Below, in pieces: positions 1 through 7,151 of a DNA stretch of 11,692 nt. This DNA is from Calditrichia bacterium. GTDB taxonomy: Bacteria > Calditrichota > Calditrichia > JAJRVZ01. Position 1 is the stretch's first letter, and every line of letters begins with the position of its first letter. The notes under the pieces were generated by a model. The model had not been told where the DNA came from. It did not search any database and worked only from the letters and a program-made list of their open reading frames with translations. The stretch covers positions 1-11,692 of the forward strand of contig CAVZSQ010000016.1 of assembly GCA_963777955.1 (NCBI GenBank). Reading direction: 5' to 3'. The translations under genes and the position numbers were made by a program.

Positions 1-156
1 AGACATTAGTTTGGGGTCAAGGTTAAGAAGAAAAATATGGCACTGCGGCACAGAGGCACAAAGGTAAAAAGGTTAAAAGGAAAAAAGGCACAGAGTTTCT
101 GTGGCACTTGACCTATGTACCTGAGTCCCTTAAGTCCTTTAGACCTAATATCCTCA
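1..156. repeat. Intergenic element A, copy 1: 8-bp-phased GG ladder, central hairpin, 8-bp-phased CC ladder
   Basis: GG at 39,47,55,63,71,79,87; hairpin CACAGA-gtt-TCTGTG at 89-103; CC at 112,120,128,136,144,152. Bases 32-116 are the reverse complement of 6736-6820 (84/85). AGACATTAGTT at 1-11 recurs at 6668-6678. Confidence 0.85.
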
Positions 157-263
157 AATACGGTCATTCCCGCAGATCGAATGTCTCGCTTGATTTTAAT
201 ACAGACAGTGTCATTCCCGCTCATCGAATACCCCGCTTTATTTTAGTACAGGCGGGAATCTAT
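157..263. repeat. REP-like element B, copy 1 (GTCATTCCCGC...GCGGGAATC), tandemly duplicated
   Basis: Two units start with GTCATTCCCGC at 163 and 210 (47-bp period); closing arm GCGGGAATC at 252-260. Bases 157-198 are identical to 6850-6891. Confidence 0.85.
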
Positions 264-271
264 TGAGAAAG

Positions 272-307
272 GATAAAGTGTAAAGTCGGAGACCTTTACT
301 CTTTATC
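272..307. terminator. Imperfect palindrome with GTC-GGA-GAC core downstream of the lipoprotein gene; possible terminator or REP
   Basis: GATAAAGTGTAAAGTC-GGA-GACCTTTACTCTTTATC, a ~16-bp stem with one mismatch and one bulge, ~60 bp past the minus-strand stop at 369. The U-tract is weak. Confidence 0.4.
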
Positions 308-368
308 ATTTTACCTTCATCCAGGAACTTCAGGACGGCCACCAGATTCAGTTACTCCTCCTGATGTA

Positions 369-1082
369 TTACATTCTCATTGATCGTCCGGCTTCCTTTA
401 ACCAATAATACAAAAAACCATCGGCTATAAAGCCTAATACAGCATATATTAATGCTTCACTTACTGATCCGGGCCATTCTATGCCTCTGACTTTTTCCAC
501 CGGCATATTTCGATTTCCGGTAGATGATTGTATTATAAATTCAGATTGCAATGGTACCAGTCCTTTGGACATATACAGTTTGAACTTGCGTGGACTGAAT
601 TTCCTGCCCTGCCGGCCAGTAACACTGTATAAATCTTTCAATTTTTCGCTGCTCATATTTCCATCCGTCAATGACCGCAAACGGATGGAAACAAAGTCAA
701 ATCCCGATAACAGGTATTTTGTGTTGCCGGACTCTTTACCGGGCTTTAACCTCATAACCAGGGAAATGGTATCATTGATGGCCGGAAATAGTTTATTATG
801 CCTTGGTTCGCTTTGAAAAGCATGATAGCGCTCAAAATAGGTAGAAGAATCAACACTTATAATTCCTTGAATGGTTCCGGTAATGGCCGGGCCATCGTTC
901 AACCTGATGGTGAGTTTTGTACTGTCTGTAATCTGCTCCAATTTGCTGGATGAACCCGCTTTAAAAACCATTTCCTCGGCATCAGTTTCCGAACCTACAA
1001 TAAAGCCCACCATGGTACAGCCGCTGAAATTGACCAGAAAAAATATAGAGATAACGACACACCATAAAATTTTTGCAGTCAT
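369..1082 (-). CDS. Hypothetical lipoprotein (237 aa) with a C-terminal hydrophobic helix
   Basis: Intact ORF. N-terminus MTAKILWCVVISIFFLVNFSG-C fits an SPII signal and lipobox; ALIYAVLGFIADGFLYYWL near the C-terminus is TM-like. No family recognised. Confidence 0.8.
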   Translation of the reverse strand: MTAKILWCVVISIFFLVNFSGCTMVGFIVGSETDAEEMVFKAGSSSKLEQITDSTKLTIRLNDGPAITGTIQGIISVDSSTYFERYHAFQSEPRHNKLFPAINDTISLVMRLKPGKESGNTKYLLSGFDFVSIRLRSLTDGNMSSEKLKDLYSVTGRQGRKFSPRKFKLYMSKGLVPLQSEFIIQSSTGNRNMPVEKVRGIEWPGSVSEALIYAVLGFIADGFLYYWLKEAGRSMRM

Positions 1083-1164
1083 AAATTTCAGTTGTCTTTA
1101 TTAGTAAAAGTAGGACACTAATGTAATCACGGAAGTTTTAATAACCCGTACAACACCAAATATA

Positions 1165-1263
1165 CCGGTCGTTGAGTTCGAAACGATCGGTGATCAGCCC
1201 TGTACATGTCGCTTCGATACGTCCGGCAGATGCCGGACTACTCAGCGCCCTATCTACTTTGTG
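1165..1263. repeat. Structured element C, copy 1, 3' of T9SS-CTD gene 1
   Basis: About 87/99 identical (manual alignment) to 6963-7060. Nested stems TCGAAACGA/TCGCTTCGA and GTCCGGC/GCCGGAC sit inside an outer CGTTGAGT/ACTCAGCG stem. Confidence 0.85.
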
Positions 1264-1292
1264 ACTCTGCGCTTTTTCTTTCTCTTTTTTTT

Positions 1293-1318
1293 CTCAGTGC
1301 CTAAGTGCCTAAGTGCCT
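1293..1318. repeat. Octamer tandem repeat (CT[C/A]AGTGC)x3
   Basis: ctcagtgc ctaagtgc ctaagtgc ct, about 10 bp past the stop codon at 1328. Confidence 0.8.
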
Positions 1319-1327
1319 TTAATACCC

Positions 1328-3977
1328 TTATTTAATTATAACCAGTTTCCGCACCTGCGTCCTGAACGCTTCCAGTTTTACAAAATAGATCCCCGAGGCC
1401 AGGCCGGCGGCGTCAAAATCGACTTCATAAAATCCGCGCTCCTGGTTCTTATCCACCAGCACCTTCACCTGGCGGCCCAGCATATCGTATACGGCTAATT
1501 TTACTTTATGATAGGCGAGTATTTCATAATTAATATGAGTTATTCCGTTGAACGGATTGGGGAAATTGGGGTAGAGGGTGTCATCGCTAATGGGCGGACG
1601 GAACAATTCAGGATCAAAATCGATACCAGCTGAGACTCTGTACATTCCCCCAGATATCAAGACCCGAGTCACCATGACGGTTACTTTCATAGGCAAAAAA
1701 CAAATCATCATTAAACATTGCAGCGTCATGCAGCTGATTCATATAATAATCAGAGAGATCATTGTAACCCAGGTGATAAAACCCGATCTCGTGTTTATTA
1801 TCGTTTAAATAACACCCAAGGATTTCATACCCGGATAAATAAGTAATAAAAGTTTTGTGATTTTGCGAATTTACAATGTCTGCTGCCGGCAAAGAATAAA
1901 AGTAACTGCGAAATGAATTCTGAAATGTATACGTTTGATCGGTGGTGTATGTCCGCCAGGCATAGAGACGCGAGTTATTTATCCAGATTACGATATAATC
2001 CCCGCTATCAGTCAAGTAATTATCAAGAGCATTCAAAGAAGTATTAGAATTTAACACGCCGATATTCATGCTCTGCGAAATTACTTTTCCGTTCTGGTCG
2101 TAAAGTAATCCATATAAAGCAGTACCCTGCTCAGCAGAATGCTGCATAGTGATAAAAATATTCAGATCCTCATTGATTGATACCGCAACCGCCTGGTAAT
2201 AAAGTTGAGACGCATTCTTGTACAGGATTTTTTCCGTTGACAGATCTGCCAGACTTTGATCATATTTCTGCAGATTGGCCGAAATCCTATTATACCAGCA
2301 TAGTAATATTTGATCCTGGCGGTTAATTTTTATTTCAACATTATAGTCATATTCTGAATTATTAATTTTTTTCACAAGTTTATTGGCATTGATTTTATAA
2401 CCCCCGGGATCGACGATCTGCAAATAAATATTCTGGTCCAATACATTTTCAGTACCACTGAAAGCGATCACAAATTTTCCATCACTCAGGGCCTGGATTT
2501 TCTTATCGGCTAAATACCATTTTTCTCCGGACATATCATTGATCTGCAGGTTTTCCCCTACCGCGTTATAATCCTGATCATAGACCTGGGCGTACAGGTC
2601 CCGGCGGCCATTGCGCCGGTCCTCCCATAGGACAATGGAATTACCCTGCTGGTTAAAACAGACCAGCGGCCTGGTCTGCCAGGCACCCCAGGGATCCAGA
2701 TCCGCTTTAACCGGCTCATTTAAGGGAAGGAGGTTAAGGTCATATTTTTGTATGAAAATTTCCGTATCGCTGCGGCGATCCTGTATGAAAGTCAGGCAAA
2801 ATTGACCGGTTGCCAGATCGGCAAAACGCAGCCCACGGGTATGAAGCGAATCAGCAAAGCCCCAGCTCATAACTATTGGTTCTCCCTGCGGTTCTCCTGA
2901 TTTGCCGATCTGCTGGCAGACTAACCTGTTATCAGAAAAATATCTGATAGAAATCCAAAAGGCATCTTTGCGGTTCCCGGCCAGCAAATCTGAAGACATA
3001 TCGGTATTATTTTCTGAAATATATAGCGGTCCCGATACTACCCGGTCAGCGCTGCGGTATATTCTGGCGGTGGTGCCATGATTTGAACTTTTAGTGTTGT
3101 GAAAATTCCAAATAATAAAAAAATACCCATCTGCAGTAGCCATAATGGATGGGACCATAATACTCAGGGTATCAGCATCACTACTGATTTTCTTATTATT
3201 CCCCACCTTATTCCCCTGCGGATCAATCTGCTGTAGAAATATTGCGGAAGTGCTATATTCAGATTGATACCACACTACTACAAAATTATTATAACCGTCA
3301 ACGGCTGCACTATGATCAGTCATATTAAATCCGGCCTGACTCGAGGTATCATTTAGTACGACTTCGTTGACCAGACTGCCAGCGGCATTAAAAATACTGG
3401 CATGAATATTATACTGATTATCCCAACCCGACCAGACAACCATAAAAGAACCGTTCCCGGCAACGGCCGGAGCGGGACCGGAATACGTTGATCCACCCAG
3501 ACTATTCACCCGGATGTTGCTGCCAATTTTTTCCCCTGTGTTCGAAAATCTCTGTACCATAGACTCCGCTGAAGAATTTTCCCAGGCAACAACGAAATCC
3601 CCTCTTTCATTGGCAGCAATTGATACTGAAAAGGCAATTTCATCATCGCGGTCGCTGACCGGCACATTATTTCCCAACGGTTCATCGCGGTTATTAAAAA
3701 ACTGAACATATACTTCCTGCCTGATATTACGCAGATCTATCCAGGCCACAGCATAATTACCGCTGCTATCGGCAGCAATGGCCGGTTCCAGCTGCTGCGC
3801 ACCATAATCACCGCTCAGCGAATTGATCAGGAAATCAGTTTTTAGAGTAGGCAATACCGGTAATGTATCGGGCGCCATGAACAGCGAATTCTGCTGTGCC
3901 GGCAGGTCTTCGGCAGCCAGCAGTGCCAGGCATAAGCTGATAATGTTAGCCGCTGAATTCAGCATCGACTTGCGCAT
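1328..3977 (-). CDS. Secreted beta-repeat (probable tandem beta-propeller) protein with T9SS type-A-like sorting domain, ~882 aa; one frameshift near 1631
   Basis: Joins ORFs 1614..3977 and 1328..1729. Removing one base at ~1631 gives DIWGNVQSLAGIDFDPELF, matching paralog DIWGNMQSLADINFDPEVF. Has a signal peptide, ~50-aa repeats (P.IA.D..GNF.V.W...IY.Q.F...G...G) and C-terminal YPNFPNPFN...YDMLGRQV...LASGIYFVKL...RKLVIIK. Confidence 0.88.
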
Positions 3978-3989
3978 GACTTTACCCCG

Positions 3990-4804
3990 CTAAAAATAAA
4001 AATTGAGCCCCAGGCCGACGCGCTTGATCAGGTCGGCTGTATCGCTGTCGCTGGTCCTGGTTTCGGTACGATCGTCTTGTATATAACGGTAATCGTACTT
4101 GCTGTCGGACCAGGAATAATAGAAACGCGCCAGGGCAAACAAGGACAGGGATTTGTTAAAAGGATATTCCACCCCGAAGCCGGCAAAAATATGCACCGGC
4201 GAGTTCAATTCTTCCAGGTATTCCTCTTCGTTATCCTGCTCAGTGACCAGCGGCTGTGGATAGAGATCTTCATTTTTGTGCGTCACGAAAGCCAGCTGCT
4301 TGCCTGCGCCGATGTGTATGTAGGGACTGACCTTCTTAACCTGCAGGACGGAGAAGTAAAATTTAAAACCGATACTGAGCCGGAAGATCTTCATATCATC
4401 AGTATACCTTCGGCCGTAATCATAATAGGAAGAGGAAGCCGGATAGTAAATACGTTGCTCGCTCAGCTCGTGGCTGTAGCTGCGGGTATAACTGAAATCG
4501 AAGGACACCCGCACCCGGGCGTAACGCGGATGCTGCAGGGTCAGTTGCATTTCCATTTCCGGTTCGGCATTTTCGATCACACGGGTAACAGGGTAAGGAT
4601 AAGGATAAGGTGGTATGATCCAGTCACCACTATGCAGATAATCATAGTAAGGGTAGTAATAGATCTGATAAATCCGGTCCGACGAAACAGGGGTATACAG
4701 TACGCCGAACGACCAGTTGGATTCCAGCGTATCGGGCTGGCTGCCCTCCTGGGCCTGGAGCGAACCAGCAGCAGCGGCATAATTAAAATCATCAGGGTTT
4801 TCAT
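3990..4804 (-). CDS. Outer-membrane beta-barrel protein (small, probably 8-stranded), ~271 aa; one frameshift near 4765
   Basis: ATG at 4804 with SD-like AGAAAGGG upstream. Signal peptide MKTLMILIMPLLL; adding one base near 4765 continues as SLQAQEGSQPDTLESNWSFGVLYTP..., in frame with ORF 3990..4580. Amphipathic strands (SIGFKFYF, SPYIHIGAG, FAGFGVEYPF) and BAM-type terminus GLGLNFYF. Confidence 0.85.
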
Positions 4805-4957
4805 AAGTTCCCTTTCTGAAAAATAAAAGATGTTAAGAAATATTTTTGCATTTCCCTGCTCCGGCCGGGCCGAAAATAAATTATGAGCAGGAATAAGATA
4901 TTTCGTTATGAATAATAAGTGCTGACAATCGTGCAATATGAATAGTAACGCCGGAAT

Positions 4958-4986
4958 AATATAGAATATAATACGGGGTGAGTCAA
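4958..4986 (-). promoter_or_regulatory. Putative sigma70-type promoter for cassette 1
   Basis: Minus strand TTGACT-17 bp-TATATT; same architecture at 11139-11167 upstream of the paralog. Confidence 0.75.
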
Positions 4987-4988
4987 GA

Positions 4989-5045
4989 AGTACCTTAGTA
5001 CCTTAGTTCCTGAGTTCCTGAGTACCTGAGTCCTGAGTACCTGAG
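4989..5045. repeat. Octamer tandem array (AGT[A/T]CCT[G/T])x7
   Basis: agtacctt agtacctt agttcctg agttcctg agtacctg agt-cctg agtacctg ag; begins 2 bp from the -35 box. Confidence 0.9.
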
Positions 5046-5123
5046 AGAATAAAAGCACTGAGATCGGAGACACTTAGTGAAGATTAAAGATGAAAGATTA
5101 AGGAAATGAGAAAAAGTGCGTAG

Positions 5124-5202
5124 CGATGCCGTAGGCATCGGTGATTATTTGTAGCAAGGTCAAAAATCAATAAATAAAGCGAAGCCGAGGACCGTAGGGG
5201 TC
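5124..5202. repeat. Pair of REP-like hairpins with GTA loops
   Basis: Perfect CGATGCC-GTA-GGCATCG at 5124-5140; imperfect GACC-GTA-GGGGTC at 5190-5202. Confidence 0.6.
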
Positions 5203-5241
5203 GAACAAAACGAAGGGTAAAGTCTAGGCGGATAGATCAAT

Positions 5242-5383
5242 TACCTGAGTTCCTGAGCACCTGAGTACCTGAGTACCTGAGCGTCTTAGTCCCTGAGTCC
5301 GTTTTTCTAAAGAACTAAGGCGCTCAGGGACTGAGGTCGGAGGCCTGGCCGGAGACCTGCCGTCAGGCAGGGACTCAGGTACT
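5242..5383. repeat. Octamer array (nnCCTGAG) followed by inverted units and small hairpins
   Basis: Seven units at 5242-5297; inverted repeat 5276-5290 / 5314-5328 (14/15); hairpin CCTGCC-gtca-GGCAGG at 5356-5371. The last inverted unit overlaps the stop codon at 5382. Confidence 0.85.
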
Positions 5384-6588
5384 ACTTACTTTTTGCCACC
5401 CGAAAGCCCAACCACTCATAATACTGGTCAGGGCTGGAGCTGGCCCGCCTGGTACAACGGGAATGTGCTAATGCTGCGGCATAACAGCCGCTGCGCCAGA
5501 CCCGGGCCTTCTTCGCTTTAGCCGGGCCCGTCGGGTCGACCTGCGGTTTCTTAGTATATTCATCATACCAGTCAAAGCACCACTCCCAGACATTGCCGCT
5601 CATATCATAAAGTCCCAGGGCATTGGGATTTTTTGTCCCCACAGTATTAGGTTTAAAATCACTGGTCATATCATACCAGATGTAGTTATTCACTTCCGTC
5701 TCGCTGTTGGTCCCGGCCCATTTTTCCTCTTTGCCACAACTGCGCGCGGCATACTCCCATTCCGCTTCCGTGGGCAGGCGCCCGCCGGCCCATTTACAGA
5801 AACCTGCTGCATCTGCCCAGTCGATATTGACTATCGGTTCATCTTCCTGCCAGCCCCAGGGAGGTTCCCTGGGCAGGTCCTTTCCGCTTGCCTGGCAATA
5901 GCGGCGATACTGCGCCACGGTTACTTCAGTTTTACCCAGATAAAAATCCGACAGCGTTACCTGGTGCACCGGCAACTCGCTGTCGAATCCGCCGGGATAT
6001 GTGCTGCCCATATTAAAAGTACCGCCGGGTATCCGGATATATTCGAGACCGGTTTCGCTGTCGACGGTGGACTGCACGTTGGACGGCAGCGCAGGAGCGG
6101 TCGAGGAGGGTGCTGCTTTCCCTGCGGCAAAATAGCGGGCCAGGTTGCGCATGCCTTCGGTCATCATTTTTTCCTTGCCGCCGCTGAAATCCAGGGCCTG
6201 TGAATTAACGATTTTTCCACTCTGCACATCGATCTGGCGGATCATTACCGTAAATAAATTACCGAATTGCGAAACTGATCCGGCAAAAATCTGCTGGACA
6301 TTCAGCAATTTACCGATTTCTGCCATGCAATCGTTACTGCTGCAGCCGGCCTGCTGGAAACCCTGTTCCGGTCAGAATTTCTTCCATGCGGTCCCGTTCC
6401 AGCACCGTATAAGCACTGGTAATAAACAATTCGCTGCGGAAACGATCGGTCAGCGCCGCAGCCTCCGCCGGCGCAATCCCCAGAGCTTCAAAATTAGTCA
6501 CCGCCACGTTTTGTGTCTGGGCCGGGCTCATCTTTTGCAGCAGGATTACAAATGAGAGTGCGGTAAGAAGAGTTATTTTTTTAATCAT
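5382..6588 (-). CDS. Secreted protein, N-terminal CsgG/TolB-N/DUF2380-like domain plus FGE-sulfatase (SUMF1-like, C-type-lectin fold) domain, ~401 aa; one frameshift near 6369
   Basis: Joins ORFs 6334..6588 and 5382..6326; removing one base gives LERDRMEEILTEQGFQQAGCSSNDCMAEIGKLL. FGE-family motifs: IPGGTFNMGS, P.HQV, EVTVAQY, RLPTEAEWEYAAR, PNALGLYDMSGNVWEWC, GFRVA. Confidence 0.9.
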
Positions 6589-6667
6589 AATATATTCTTT
6601 TCCCCCGGGTGATTCTTATACAATTAAAATATACAGAATTTAATATAATGATCGACTTTATCAGGGC

Positions 6668-6851
6668 AGACATTAGTTGGGGGGTAAAGAGGACAAAAGG
6701 GTTAAAGGATAATAGGTTAAAAGGATAAAAGGTAAATAGGTCAAGTGCCACAGAAACTCTGTGCCTTTTTTCCTTTTAACCTTTTTACCTTTGTGCCTCT
6801 GTGCCTCAGTGCCATATTTTCCTTTTAACCTTTTAACCTATTATCCTTTAA
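6668..6851. repeat. Intergenic element A, copy 2, with 31-bp inverted repeats and a core inverted relative to copy 1
   Basis: GG every 8 bp from 6683 to 6739; CC every 8 bp at 6764-6812 and 6821-6845; inverted repeats 6702-6732 / 6821-6851 (30/31). Confidence 0.88.
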
Positions 6852-6909
6852 TACGGTCATTCCCGCAGATCGAATGTCTCGCTTGATTTTAGTACAGGCG
6901 GGAATCTAT
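6850..6909. repeat. REP-like element B, copy 2 (single unit)
   Basis: ATTCCCGC (6859-6866) pairs with GCGGGAAT (6898-6905). The 5' part is identical to 157-198; the 3' part ATTTTAGTACAGGCGGGAATCTAT is identical to 240-263. Confidence 0.85.
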
Positions 6910-6927
6910 GAATTAAGGAAAAAGGAT

Positions 6928-6957
6928 AAACGCTGATGTGGCACAGCGGGTTTTTTA
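6928..6957. terminator. Possible intrinsic terminator
   Basis: CGCTG (6931-6935) / CAGCG (6944-6948) stem with T-rich tracts following on both strands; lies downstream of cassette 2. Confidence 0.4.
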
Positions 6958-6962
6958 TTAAC

Positions 6963-7060
6963 CCGGACGTTGAGTTCGAAACGAGTGGTGATTAATCCTA
7001 TACATGTCGCTTCGATACGTCCGCAGATGCCGGACTACTCACCGACCTTTTTACTTTGTG
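6963..7060. repeat. Structured element C, copy 2, 3' of T9SS-CTD gene 2
   Basis: Direct repeat of 1165-1263 in the equivalent position. Confidence 0.85.
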
Positions 7061-7077
7061 CCTGTCTCCGGTCTCCG

Positions 7078-7151
7078 ATCTTTGTCTCTTGGTCTCTCTG
7101 TATCTTTGTCTCTTTTTCTCAGGTACTAAGGTACTCAGGTACTCAGGTACT
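7078..7151. repeat. Nine-unit octamer array ending in the stop codon of T9SS-CTD gene 2
   Basis: atctttgt ctcttggt ctctctgt atctttgt ctcttttt ctcaggta ctaaggta ctcaggta ctcaggta ct. Confidence 0.85.

Noticed and set aside
6..224. 72-aa ORF (also 6970..7419)
   Set aside because: Reads through non-coding repeat elements or antisense to the CTD; no protein-like features.
157..1263. Integron cassette array with attC sites
   Set aside because: No RYYYAAC...GTTRRRY pairs at gene ends, no integrase, and the cassettes carry their own promoters.
1328..1729. Stand-alone CTD gene or programmed frameshift giving secreted and non-secreted forms
   Set aside because: No slippery sequence at ~1631, the paralog is continuous at this junction, and indels are frequent throughout the window.
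4077..4826. 249-aa plus-strand ORF and other plus-strand ORFs (e.g. 481..816, 6145..6555, 9154..9768, 10450..10836)
   Set aside because: Antisense shadows of well-supported minus-strand genes, with no recognisable motifs.
4577..4936. 119-aa ORF as an independent gene
   Set aside because: Only MKTLMILIMPLLL from 4804 is credible, as the barrel signal peptide; the rest is 5' leader or out-of-frame sequence.
4989..5383. CRISPR array
   Set aside because: Units are contiguous 8-mers without unique spacers, and there are no cas genes.
5382..5520. Diversity-generating retroelement (FGE/C-type-lectin target with downstream hairpin)
   Set aside because: No reverse transcriptase, Avd or template repeat in the window, and codons in the would-be variable region (GCA, TTA, GAG, TGG) do not show the AAY-derived pattern.
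6589..6667. Promoter for the FGE-domain gene
   Set aside because: TATATT hexamers occur on the minus strand (6628-6633, 6642-6647) but have no convincing -35 at the proper spacing.
6702..6851. Classical IS or MITE
   Set aside because: Inverted repeats are present, but there is no transposase, no clear target-site duplication and no recognisable IS-family end; kept only as an unclassified repeat.
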